Under the pieces are notes generated by a model, which made no database searches, had not been told where the DNA came from, and saw nothing but the letters and a program-made list of their open reading frames with translations. From contig NIVC01000798.1 in the NCBI GenBank assembly GCA_002269645.1, forward strand, positions 92,191 through 156,190: a stretch of 64,000 nucleotides of DNA. The letters run 5' to 3'. Shown here piece after piece: positions 50,931 to 64,000 of the stretch (position 1 is the stretch's first letter; every line of letters begins with the position of its first letter). The stretch is from Macrostomum lignano. Its lineage: Eukaryota. The position numbers were made by a program, and so were the translations under genes.

Positions 50931-53900
50931 TGTATTCCACACTACGCTCGTATCTCTTCTCTATCCAGCCTAAGCAAAAACGCTCTCACTCACCGTACTG
51001 TTGGCACTGCAGAAGGCGGAATCCGGACGCCAGTCCAGCTGTTAGTGTTGTGCTTTAATGTTGCGCTTTCACCGTACAGTTGCCTGTTGTGTTCAGCTTG
51101 CTGGAACGAACCATTTAGGATAGTGGCAAATTTATGCATTGGCAATATAAATAACCGTGTTGTAACTTAGTAGGGCACATATTGCAATTAACTAATATAG
51201 CTCGTAATTAGACTAGCACAGAGAGCAGACAAAATGTGAATCCACTTAATTAGGCGTTGTTTTTGGAAGAACGAATAACTGCATAGTAGTTAGAGATAGA
51301 CGCTGGCCAGTACACCAAGGCATTGAACAAAATAGACCTCAGTTCCAGCCCCTCGGTTCAGGAATTCCCTGTAGTCGCTGTTAACTCGTCGAAGCAGAAA
51401 GCTTAAGGAAGGAAATTCCTCGAAACCTGGCGTTACCATAGCAGAATCCTTAGTCACCTTTCCCGCGGCAGAGAATTGCAATTTGCTTTTTTCATGAAAT
51501 CGGCGCCAAACAGAAACACAGCTAAAGTGTAGGATTTTTACCAAAAAAACACACAAATTCAAACCGCACCACCCAGAATGCTGCGCTGCTGCTGCCTTCC
51601 TGTTTTCCGCCGCCTCAGCCAGAGCCAAAACTCCCGGAATCGCGTGTCACGCCGGGACAAAACTCGGGGGGGGGGGGAAGAAAAGGACCTAGCAACGCGC
51701 ACGCAAGGGCCTACCCTGCTAAATAAGGGGTCAGTTATGACGAGACTCAAACGGCTTGATGGATGGCGCGCAGTTTTCATCGCGCATCTATACAAATCTA
51801 TTTAGCTCACAGCAGCGTGATATAGCAAAATAACAAAGGCGTAAATGGACAGGAAATTATTGTCGATTTTCCATTCAGTCCGTTTTTCATCACCAATGTG
51901 CAGTAATTATACTCGTACTTCAGAGAATATTTACTTGTAAAGTGCGCCAGCCTCTCTCGATTTACCATTGCAGAGATTTTCATTGCAGCACACCGAAATT
52001 ACATGTAAGATGCCCAATACAATCTGCCAAACATGTATACTGTACCCCCCTGGATTTGAAATGGCTATAATGGAATAATAGTAAAATTACGACCGGATTT
52101 AGCCTGTATTAAGTCGGATTAAGTCCCTCTTACGCTGCATCCTAAAGCCGTAAAATAATAAAGTGCAGCGATGAACTGCAACCAGGTGGCTCAGGTCTGC
52201 TCAAATTTTATCTCTTCTAATTCCCACTCAAGAGGTCGGGCAGGGTCAGAACTGAGACGCAAGCAACCTTGGAAGTTAGGGGTGCAGGGCGGGGACAAAC
52301 AAGCTGGAGACGAAGTAGAGAACACAGTGCGAGAGGGGGACACGAGCGGACGGAGAGCTTGACTTAAAAACAACATTCTAGGCACTGAGAGGAAAAATAG
52401 ACTGTTGGCGGGTTGGACGCTCGAAATGGCTACTAGCCTTCCCCTAGCTAATAAATTGATCCCCTAGCCTACACCGACCCCCCCCCCGCTGCCCCGGAGT
52501 CACTGCCGGGGTCAATGGCCTCTAGATGAGAATGAAATGAGAATCGGATGAGGGGTCGGCGCGCAAAGCAGTGCTCCTCCTCTCAACTGTTCCCAGTAGT
52601 GCGATCGGACGCTGCCTGATCAGGCACACACACACACACACACTCTAGGGACTCAAAACTCACTCACTCTCATGGGATAGGGGAAGGGGGGAAGAAGCGA
52701 CCGATAAGGTCAAACAGCCTGTTCAAAAAAGGGGGAAGGGGGCGGCGGAGTTTTCGCTTCGCAGATTTGTCAGCCCGATCTGACCAGATCTATCCCTAAA
52801 CTTAATCTGACGACTTACCTCCCCCCCCTGCTCAGGTCTGAAATCCTCGGCCATTCAGAAGGTTCGCAGAGCTTCTATCCGCACCAATGCAGCTTTGACT
52901 AGTCGAATCATGAGCTGATCATTCAATATTGGGTTACAAAGAAACTGCAGACAACTACGAGGCCGTGACGAGATCGGGAACTATAACCAGACTCAATCCG
53001 ACACCCCATCTAAGTAAAATGAGCAAAATTAAGCACGAACTCTAGCGGCACGAATAGAGAATGTGTAACAAGTAACATAGTTTCTAAAGGAGAAGAGACA
53101 AATAGATGGCAAGATTCTGCATCTGCTCTGATTAAATATAATTTTTCTGGAGTTTTTGGCGCAACGCTCACGCAGGACTCCGGGAGAGTTCAGGAGAGTT
53201 GGAGGCGGACCACAATGCACTCATTAGCTGGAGCTGCTGGCTTTGTCGCCCTGCCCTAGAGAGCAGCCAAACTCATCAATTGTTTCCAACACCCGAAATT
53301 CTCTATCACGTGCTCCCAGCCTCTCTCCTCTCTTCCCCGCTCAAGCAATGAGTTTGGCACTAAAAAATCGCTTACAATGAGCACCACCAAGGCCTGCAGT
53401 GAATGGTGTTTTTACTCCGTAAACAGAATTTACTGCTGATAAAATCCATGGTCTCCTCGCATTTCGATTTTGCTTCTTTTATCCTATCCGATCCTTGATG
53501 CCTGAATTTTCTAATGCTACGTGACTTGCTTCGTGCTACCTGGCAGCATAATAATAATCTATACACTATGTAAAAAGCCAAGTATATACTGTACAATAGA
53601 CTTATGAGCACCTCCTGATTTACCTGAGCAAACCGACGTTGCCTACAGCATTAAACAATCAGAAAAGTTTGTAGGAATCCACTCTGAAAAATTAAAGGCC
53701 GTTCCTTCTCCCTAGTTAGTCTCAAATCTTTTGCTTACAACCTTCAGTCAGTCTAGCTCGGATTATTTGTCTTGCTTAACTCTACCTTCGGCAACTTCAA
53801 GGTTAGCAGACAGTTCAGACGTCCTACGCTCGTACCAGAGTGCCGACCTCCAGGCAGAGTTTATTACCACATGGCTAGGAGTATTTGCGTGAGCAAGTAG

Positions 53901-56900
53901 TGAAACTGTTTCGTGCAAGTGGCCTGCATCCAATATTCTGACTGGGGAGGTCCACCTAACGCTGGGAAACCGGCAGTAGGGAGTGGCAGCAGCGGGTCAG
54001 CAAAAAAGAGCAACGTCTGGCTTGGGAGAGCAGAAGGTTAAATTAAAAGTTGGCTCAAGAATGAGTGTGGAGCGGCCGCTTGGTCATGAGCCGGCAGGAT
54101 GGAGAGAGGAGAGTCTGAAGGAGGCTGCGAGAGCCGGCCAGGACTTGGTTTCTTAGTCGACGGGGGCTGCGTGGTGCGGAGGGGGAGAGAGAAAGCAGGC
54201 AGAATAAAGGGCCAAAAATCGAAGTCCCATTCCGTGGTTGACCCGCCTGCTTCTCTGCCTCCTAGCTGCCCCAAAATCCTCAGAATGCAAGCTTCCACTA
54301 CTCACGTGTTTCAGCCCAGCAGGCAGACCAAAGATAGAGGGGGGGGGGAGGGAGAAGCCGACAAGGCCAGATGGGAGACCCCTGCCCCTGCCCCAGCAGT
54401 GAATCCGATGAAGGCGAGGTGAATTAAGCAGGGGTGGGCGCGGTGGACCCAATCTACCGAGACCCTTCTCAGACACGCCCCCTCGACATTCGCTCAGAAC
54501 CCCCTGCCGCTTGCTGACTGACTCAGCCGAGGTCGCCACTGCTGCATGGCTGATTCTCGCCCTGACGGAAACTCTCCTCGCCCAGCTTAGCTTACTCATA
54601 AATTAGCGTCGCCTTCATCATTATTCGGTGCAGCACTGGCCTTCATTGGAGCCGAGTTCAGCTAGAAATTAATGTGCAAAAGGTACTAAACTGTGACGAT
54701 CAACAGTATCGAAGTCGTCAAAAAATTACAAGGGTAATAAACCAGCTTAGAGGGGCCTCCTTGTTGAACTTCTTAAAGAGCTAATGCAGTAGGTTGTGTA
54801 TCGAAGCTAGGGGCTAGACTAGATTACAAGACCATCCCGTTGGTTTGCACGTAACAATCGCAACATTTAAGGCACATCCATAAATTGCAGTTCTAGGCAC
54901 AGAGCTGTTCCGACTGTTGTAGCGTTAAAAAAACTTTTTCCCCAGTATAGAGAACCTGAGAAATCGAGAACTGCCCGACAATGCTAAATTTTCCTATTAG
55001 CTTTTTTCATTTCAGTGTCGTCAGGAAACTCGACCTTCTAGCAAAATTTATCCAGGTTTCGGCGCACAAGAATTCTTCGCTTCGCTTTACGCAGCAGGGG
55101 TTACCCCGCGAAAATTGAAAATCTACGACCGCTAAATCTCATCATTTCATCCGCTCGACACGGCTGAGAAAATGCGCCGCTTACATTCTTATCCGCAAAT
55201 AGGCGCAACGAAAGACCAGCGAAAACAATATTTGACGCAAGCGAGCTAAAAACTACAAGGCCAGCGAAATAAACCTTTTTCTATAGCTGTAGGTGCGAGT
55301 AATTTTTGCACATGATAAACATCAAAAGGCGTGCTGCCTAAGGCGTTCAAAATGCAAATGCAGTCTCAGCCTTGCGTTAACTGACTTTTCACGTTACATG
55401 GACTCAGAAAGTAATCATAAAATGAATAAGTTTGGTCTGATGCCAAATAAAACTGATGGCTAGGTTATAACTCCGCCAAGCTCTAGATGCTTTTGTCTCT
55501 CTTGCATACGGTGTACAATCACAGCTTTTTTTACAATAACAGGCATCGTAAAATAAGTCGCAATTTCCTCAGAAGAAAATTGCGCCACCCAAGAAGACAA
55601 CAGACAGTGCAGATCACAGCAGCAGTACCGGGCCGCACCAACAGGTCCCAGCCTCCCAGGCTCTAAGGGCGGACAAAGGAACAACAACATCCCCTGGCGC
55701 CCCGGTCAAACTCACGCAGCAATGCTTCACAGCTAACTCCATTGCCTTCAGCACACACGCGCCTGTAGTAAAACGGAAATCGAGAAACTGGCAGCTCTCC
55801 TAGGCGACCCACTCCGATCCCAATGAGATGGAGAAAGCGACGCGAGAGAGAATCGGGCAATCCAGAGCCTCGATAGTGTTTGCGCAAAGCAAATATTCGA
55901 GGTCTCGCGACCCGCTACTCCGATCCGCTCGCTCTGCCCGGTGCGCGAGGCCACACTTTCTCCATCAATGCGGCGCCGCAATGGCCAAGCCAGTCAGCAG
56001 GCTTCGGGCTGCACTTGAAAAATCCGTGGGTGCAGCAAGCTGAGCAAGGTTGGCCTCCTGGGTTGATTCCCCGCTAGCCTCTCCCTGTAACTCATTAGAG
56101 ATTCCCAGCTCAATCAACGCTTTTACAGAGACGGATCGGGTTGGCCCAAGTGACGCGCTTCGGCTAGGCGCATTCTAGCCTATAGCTATGGGGGAGTGCC
56201 GTTCAGGCCCCAGTCAACAAGTAGCGAGAAATGGCGGTCCGAAGGCACTGGCAGACTCGAGACCAAGTGAGGTGCCCAGACTACGGATAGAATATGGCGC
56301 CGCCAAAGTGGAGCGAGAGTATAGGCCAATCAGGACTGTTTTGCCTGGCAAAACTTGGAAACAACTGAAGAAATATTTACTCTCCAATTGCAAGTGCACG
56401 CGCACTGCTGAGAAACAAAGCAGCTATGATGAGTTTCAGCGGGCCTCTCGTGTGTCAAGCCATCTTTACATACTGAGCAGCTCATCTCTTTGGCAGCTTT
56501 GAAAGCAAACACGCACGCTCTAGACGCATATCACAATTTTTTTTAACCAGATCAAAAGTTCAATGGGACAGGCAGACAAGTCAAACCTTGAGCGTGTCAA
56601 CAGTGAAAAAGCAATGTGGAATGAGACGACAAAGACGTGAGCTGAAGACGCGAGCAGTGAGAATAACAATTGCAAAACTGTATTGTCTGCTCTTGGCTTT
56701 ACAGCCGCAATTGACTGACAGGCGGCCACTGGACGCTACTGCCTGCCTGACAGACTTCTCCAAAGCAGCAGCTCTTATTCAGGGACCATCTGCACACAGG
56801 ACAGTGCATATTACAGACTGACAGGGCTAATTTGAGCTTAAGCTAGCCACCGAACACTCTCAGCCTCTATCTCACAATCCATAGTCCTATTTAACACATT

Positions 56901-59900
56901 GTCTAAACACTCGATGGACCAAACAAATTCAGACAGTCCCGTCGTCCAGAATGAAAAAAGTCTCGCCTATTCACGCATGTCCCACGCGTATACATGTCTA
57001 TAGACCAAAAACTGAGCCAGAACCTCAGAAAAGTACAGCCAACACGGGCCCAGATAGGATATCGAAGTGGGGGACGAGCAATTTGATACTGACCAAGCAG
57101 ATGTTGTACAAGCGAGTTTCTATGAAATTTGAAAAAAAACTTACACTTTCAAAGTCGCAAGTTGCAATACGCGCGGTTAACCGAAAATATCAGGACTTTG
57201 CGTTTCGGTATCTTTTCTCAATAGGCTTTTTCTATTCAGACTGGCTGAATGTGTTCTTTGAAAACCAGAATGATGCTCGTACAGTTGTCAAACGAACACC
57301 ACTATAGAGCCAATAAAAATGCTGCTAAGACTAGTAACGCCTGACCGGGGACCTTGGATTGGACATGGGCTGGAGCAGAACACGCACCTATAACATCTTG
57401 CTATCCGAGGCCAGCTATAAGTCATCAGCTATAAGTCATCATAATTTCTTTTTTACGAGTACTTATTCATATTTCAAAACGAGCTCTTCATTATACCATT
57501 TTGATTTCTGCGAAGGTTACTCAACTAACAAGTACTTAGTCTGTCTCTGGCTTGAGAATTTCGACTAGTTTGCTACCAGTCCAGCTCTTTTTCTCTCGAT
57601 GTCTCTGGCTTAAGCAACGCTCTAAGTCAACTGTCCATGAGCGCTTCCAGCCCAAGCCTGTATAAGCTAATCTCTCCTTGTTAAAATATGACCCAATAAA
57701 AGAGAACACGAGCAACAAAAATAAGAAACTAGAAATGAACTTCCAGGCGTGTGAAACTTCCAGGCACCAAAAAGCCATTTCTAGCTTGTAAAGCAGGCTG
57801 CTAGCAGTGATACGCGCTCTTAAGAAATTCATTAAACATTTTTATACCTGCCTGTGTTTCTCCACTCACATTAACTTAAAGAGGCCCAAACCACAGAAGC
57901 GTCAGCAAAAAAATTCAAGCAAGATTGTTAAACAACACAATCGATGAAACACGCTAAGACGAGTATTTGCAATCTTGAATCATGCGCAACACTGTTTCAC
58001 TGATGTCACATCCTCCCTTCTAGCAGCATAGTCAACCAGTGCATTGTATTGCCCAGATGTTGTTAAATTTGCTTTTCTTTCCCCACTTCCCTCCGCGCCA
58101 TCTTATTACATCCTCTTGTCGCAGTTCTTCTACCCGCCACGGCCGTCCTCATTTTTCCAAACAAAAACGAAAGACGCCGGCCGGCTTGCATAGCCGACAA
58201 GTATTTGGGCAGGTAAAAAATGGCTAAGAGGGAGCTAAAGCTGCAGACGGGGCGGGGGACGGTGGGTGAGCGGCGCTCAACAAGCAACAAACAGTCGACT
58301 CACTAACCATACAGGTGCTGCCTGTAAGCACTGGCAAGGGAAGGGCTACTGAGTCATCCAGAATCCCTCCTACTGTTTTTCTCCCCCACCCTTCCTCCTC
58401 ATCTCAGCCGGCAACCCTCTTCTAGTTTATTAATGCCATCGCCTAAAAACCCATAGTAGAGAGCGAGGGGGGAGGGAGCAGTCGCCAAAAATCCCACTCC
58501 CATCCCATTTTTCCCTCTACTTCTCAATCCAAGCGTCATGCACCAGCCAGCCCCTACAGTGGATGAAGCGGAGTAGATGCTGGGGGCCAGCAGAAACACA
58601 CACAGACCGGGACCGCCTCACAAATATTAAATAGCATTTTACTGTTGCAGAGCTGGCAGGAGAGGAGAAAGACAGAAGCCCTGCCGAAGCACGCAGGGCC
58701 TGTGGCGCGCTGGCGCGGATGATTCAGAAGCCGAGATGAGAGGCTTGAGAGGCTGGGCTATTCAACAGGGAAAACATTTACTAAGCCAATCCCTGCCAAT
58801 TTTTTAATCCGGACAATGTTTAAAAAATTACCGTGCAACAACTGACCGCCTATATGAGAGAGCACGACTCACACTGCGCCTATAGGCAGCCTCATGTAAG
58901 CAGCTTTTGCAGTACACAAAAGTCTCCGCAATTTCGGTCAAATGAACTTGACCAGTTTCTCCAGCACAGAGGCGAAAACACATTAGACTTCTCTTTATGC
59001 TAAAAGTGCTTTAATGAAAAAACTTGCATATCTGCTTGAGTAGCTAACACCGTAGCGGCAATAAACTCATTTTCAGGCAAATAAATTTGCCCCAATAAAT
59101 TCTAATTGCAAAATCAAGCGGACTCTCGGGCGCCGAGGCACCGAGGGGAGAGTAGAGGCGACAGCGAATAATCCCAGACGCAGTCAGCTAGTCTGAATGC
59201 AATTAAGCGGGCGGCTGCTCATTTTCCAACTCGCTGAAGGCGACTCGTTGGCCTGGTTGTCCGAACTCGGACTCTGCCAAGCCGAATTGTCCGAGAAAGT
59301 GGCAGAAGGGTCGGGCCGTAAGGGGAGGGAGACAGGAGGCAGTGAAGGGAAGCCGGTGTTGAAAAGGCCAGACCTTGGATGATTGATTCTGGAGCCACTT
59401 GAAGCTAAAGCAAGCTTTGGCGATGTTATCCTTCTTTTCTGGCCCACCCCAGGCCGATGCTCCCTCAATTTCTGCTTTTTCTCTCTCCATTTCCTAATTC
59501 GAGGAAGCCGGGGATGTGAGAGTCAACAGGACGAGGGGGGATGTGCTTACCCAGCTACTCTTGGCCTTTTGCTTTTTTCTCTGCAGCCTCCTCAGTTTAA
59601 AGCCATTTAATAGCTAGATTTGAAGAGCAAGTACACATTAAGATAGCACACATTTGCACATCCTCTATTGCTATTCATATGCTATAAATTTTCATCACTC
59701 TACTAAATTTTTCGTTAAATAGTTAAATTTACAGTTTGTAAAATCGTTTTTAAAGCTCATTTTTATATAATACGAATTCATACAAACGACTCTATTTTGT
59801 AGAATCTCTTTAATAAATATATGCTAGAAAGAGGCAGCTTGTGAATATCATCGCTCGCTTAACAAGGTAAACTATAAGAGACAGTAAACACGCATTTGTT

Positions 59901-62900
59901 GCAATGCTACCCGCAATCCAGCGCTCAGAATAGGAAATCCAGGAAATAAAAAATTGCAGAAAATGAGGAAAGGAAGCGAGGGTAAGCGCAGACAGCAACA
60001 GGCGCATACAAACAATCCTCCTCAGTATACTCTGCGAAAAGCGGCGACAGAAGTCTCTGCTAGTCAAAGCTCCGCTTCTCCTCATGCATCTGGCCTATTT
60101 TCAATACTCCCCATCAAGGCGCAGACTTTCTTCTGTTTCTCTCCGACCATCACGACTCCCCTGGAGACTCTAGGAGCAGAGGGATTCGGCTTAGCAAGTA
60201 GCCTTCCTAATATATAATATGCACAAATCTAGTTCGCGGAATACGAGTAGCGAGTTGGCTAAGAAAATTTCGTTCTTGGCAAAGCGCCGGCGCATCTCTG
60301 TGATGAAGATGAGCAGATAAGACTAAGAGTGAGGAGCTCTGAGAGCAAAAGTAGGCGAAAATTGCCGGATTAAGAAGGAAGAAAGCGCTGGAGAAGCGGA
60401 GAGAAGTGAAATACGAAAATCCCGTGCGACCAAATGCGACACAGACGGGACGGAGAGAAGGTAGGCCGCCGAACCGAGCGCGCGCCGGGACACCTTTCCA
60501 ATTCGTCCTCTCAGTCCCGCGTACTCCCTTCCAAAGCAATTGAGTGTGCTAAAGAGAAACTAAATTGCGACAGAGCACAAGCCGAACTCTTTAAAGTTGC
60601 CCGCTACCCAATTTCACTTCTCATCCGATTCGGACTGCCTCTGACTGCTAAGCGCAGAGTTAAACAGTTGGCTACGAACGAGTTCATGAACTCGAGTGCA
60701 CACCTGCAGCCAACTCCTAGCTCGCCTCGACTCTTTTGACTGACACACCTACCGAGCAACTAATAGTGACCAAGCGAAGGGCAAATTGATGACGCACTAA
60801 CGAGATGCCTAGAAACATTATGTTTCACCCAACCGAGGAGTCGAGAATTCGCTGGAGCGGAAAGAGAGCTTAAACACAAAAGTCTCATTGCTCTACTAGA
60901 TCTAACGCTAAGGGCTAAGAAATTTCATAAAAAGGCCGTATAGATATCGGACTTACAAAGTAGTTTCTCTAATCTTTCTGGTTTATGGATTCTCTAATAA
61001 CAACCTGTTAAAATTTAATGACATAAAACAGTCTTTTCATGTTTAATATTTTGGCTGCCCATTCCAGCTGTAGAAGCCATACGCACGTAAAGGTATCAGA
61101 TAGGTAGCCATAACGGCCATACATTCAATCTTGGCTCAAAGAATATAGATGGATGCGATAGGAGGCAATGTGCGTATATACATGTAGGTATGCGTGTATG
61201 CGTGTGGAGGCCCGTAAAGAGTTCTGTGGGTGACAGCCGACCGCAAATTGATGGCGCGACAGTCGAGAGGGACGCAAGCGCAGAGCGCAGTTACCAGCTT
61301 CTAAACCCGGACTGAAAACGCTTCGGCGGCAACAGCGGCGTGGAAGAATGGAAGTTTTTAACTTGGCCTGGAGAGTGTAGGGATACCGGAGTGGGGACTA
61401 AAGAATTGTTCACCTCGCGATGACAGCGGCCAGAAGCTGATTAATGGTGATGGGAAAGAACAGGGGAGACAGTAAATGTGGGTATGACTTTGACCTAGCT
61501 GAACGGCCTTTTTGAATACTGGGGCGTACACAGCACCGTTCAGTACGTGTTGGGTGCAACTGTCACCTGATAGTGTCGCATGCTGAACCGCTTTTTATTC
61601 CTGTAGCGATCAGTCTGCTGATTATTCTTCTCGTAAATTACCCAGTACCAAAGTGCCGCTCGTACGAGCCGTAATTCAATGACTAAGCACGGTCGAAAGT
61701 ATTACTTTAACCATACCGATAGGTATTGCTTTTGTCAGCCAAGTTGATAGTTAAGCCAACCAATGAACGTTTTTTATTGGTATTAAGGACGTAGGTTTTT
61801 GCTAATTTTAGAACAAAAAGCTCAAAAACACAGAAAATTTTTCTCTGTCCCTTGCCTACATTCTCTCATCCGAGTCGATGAAGAAAGAATGCAATCTGTT
61901 GCACAAAAGCAAAGCAGGACAAACACAGGCGAACACTAGCAGAATAAGCCACAAAGAGATGAGGAAGAGAACCGGTATTAATTCTGGGATGGATGGTAAA
62001 AAAGGGGAAAGGAGAACAGCGACAAGCTGGAAAATTGGGATGCAAACGATGCAAGGTGGACCGTCATGTAAGAAGGAGGGAGAAGCTAAACAAACGAAAA
62101 CCGTCTGTGGCCACAGAGCATCATCTGTGACCGCTGTGCGTCTGTCGTTACTTGCATAATCAATGCCTCAGCAAGGCTTGCTATACCGGACGCGACCCGA
62201 ATTCCTTCTCTTGCTGAGACGGCTCAGGCAAGATCAATAAACTGCTCCGAACCGCATGTGCTTGTATGAATGAATGCGAGCGTTTTTTTTCAGGTCATCT
62301 TTTTTCTATAAGCATTGCTGACAGCACTGTCGTTTCATCAAAGAGGATGTACAAGAATATGAGAAGACATATTTGTTCCGGGTTTATGCAACTGGGGATT
62401 AAAGATGACAAAACGAGGAATGTGGAATAAGTTCTAACTTTACTATGCATCATGTGATGCCTTGTTCGACTTGAGTTGCTCGAATAATTAGATACCTACA
62501 GTAATTCGACTATTCCAAAGCTTAAGTTCTATTAGAAAGGCAATATATATTGACTTAGTCTCCAAGACACATTGAATTGAAAAGGAGGATAAAAGCTGGA
62601 ATTATATATGATTTTATATTTGCCTTCATATAATAGTTTTAAAAATCCACAACTTGCTGCCAAAAAATTATCGAACTTTTCAGCAAATCTGCCGGGGCAA
62701 ATTTTAAAGAAAAATCCAAGGCATTTTAGCTGTCTGCATTGAAAGGCGCAGAAATTTGACGGCAAAGAATAATTGAGCGAAGGGAGTGAAAGAGGGAGCT
62801 GTGAATGGCTCATGATCTCTGCAGCAGGGGGCTGCAGGATGATCCCAGGCTGGGGATCGGCACAAAAAATCGCTGCCAAGGCCGTCGGGAGCCAGTGCAG

Positions 62901-64000
62901 AATATATTAATAATTCAATGAAAAGAAGCGACCGGACGGTCAAAGGCACGCAAAGAATAAAGCACCCCCCATATTCCAACCATGGGTTGGTAAGGAAGAG
63001 TTGGAAAACGGCCAGGGCTGCAAGAGGGAGGGAAAGAATGGTTTTTTTCACCATCCCGGATTATCCCAGCTCCGGGCTAAGGTGCTGGCCGCGCACCTTC
63101 GGTTATACTGCTGCATTCTTGGAGGAAGGCAGCTCCGATGACGCTATGGACAGCTAAAGGAAGCTGCAGACCCCTCTCTTATCCGTCGGTTCTATTCGTT
63201 CCACAAAGAGCCTTCTCTGCTCCATCATTTTTTCTCGCTCTAGCAGCCCAGCTTGAAAAGTATTAGTTCCAGTCTAAATTGTGTAAATTCCTATCGTTTC
63301 CATGCATCGACCCTCTTTTCTGATGTTTATTAGTATGAGAAAAGTCGAAAAAGTTCAATCAGATGAGATTGGAGTGGCAAAGTCAACGATAAGTGAGCAT
63401 TGACATGTGATGCTGGTACTGTACTCCCTGAGATTTCATGTATAATTTTCTACTGCAGGTTCTATCGTATTAGACTCTGAAAATGGCCACAGAGTAAGAT
63501 TTAAATTACGGGCGTAGTAGTGAAATCCCTTATATCGACGGCATTGCAGCAGCTAGCTCATATATGATAATAAGGAAAGATGATGATGTGAAAAATTATG
63601 ACATCTACATTGCGCAGTGGGGCAGGATGCCACGGTGTGGCAACAGGCACGCAAGATAGTAACGTATACCTCTTCTCTTCTCTACCGTCGGCTAAAGTTT
63701 TCCTCACTAATTAGTCGGATACTCTAGCGGCGTCTTGCAGTTAGGCAAGTATACGTTAACATCTAAAAAAGCGCAAAAAGTTATGATAGGGCGAAAATCT
63801 TGTGCCTGCACTTTAGAGGGACATGCCAAGGCTGTGATCTTATTCGATGATATGGATGCCATATTTGAAAACCCTATGCGGCATGTGATCGCACGCATAG
63901 ACACACTTGCATGCACTGTACGCCATTGAACTTCAAAATACCACAAAGACCCTACATATACAAATGGTCAATTTCCACGAGATTCAGTAAATAAATGAAA

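Noticed and set aside
53372-53611. Hydrophobic LISLLYSIYLAFYIVYRLLLCC ORF
   Set aside because: GTG start, phase-0 weak donor, AT-rich low complexity.
59911-60007. MRLLLSALTLASF... exon with phase-1 G|GTAGCA
   Set aside because: Donor is poor at +4 to +6 and there is no supporting acceptor; too weak to call a fifth leader.
63735-63929. AVILFDDMDAIF resembling a Walker B motif
   Set aside because: No Walker A in frame, short ORF, no clear splice sites.

Overview
Eukaryotic (animal) genomic DNA, not prokaryotic: no operons or CRISPR, and nearly all long ORFs in the track are tandem-repeat artefacts. The repeat style is reminiscent of the flatworm Macrostomum, but that is an unverified impression. 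The only confidently recognisable coding sequence is a minus-strand I-set immunoglobulin-domain exon at 1-185 (phase-1 acceptor, runs off the window edge), resembling the first Ig domain of LAR-type receptor phosphatases, Robo or peroxidasin. Reading the minus strand upstream shows at least three, possibly four, unrelated ATG-initiated signal-peptide exons (9917-10064, 15778-15841, 27612-27723, weaker 42548-42674). Each ends in a phase-1 GT donor that joins the Ig exon in frame, suggesting an array of alternative leader exons for one receptor. Several candidate phase 1-1 cassette or micro-exons lie between them. A 54-aa secreted-peptide-like ORF lies on the plus strand inside the intron (16372-16536). 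Two tRNA-headed SINE families are present: a CORE-like family (3 copies, two forming an inverted pair) and a second family (4 copies) carrying a conserved ~60-nt hairpin. About 15 kb (~23%, summed by hand) is made of roughly 20 unrelated micro/minisatellite arrays (units 2-47 bp), several with higher-order structure.
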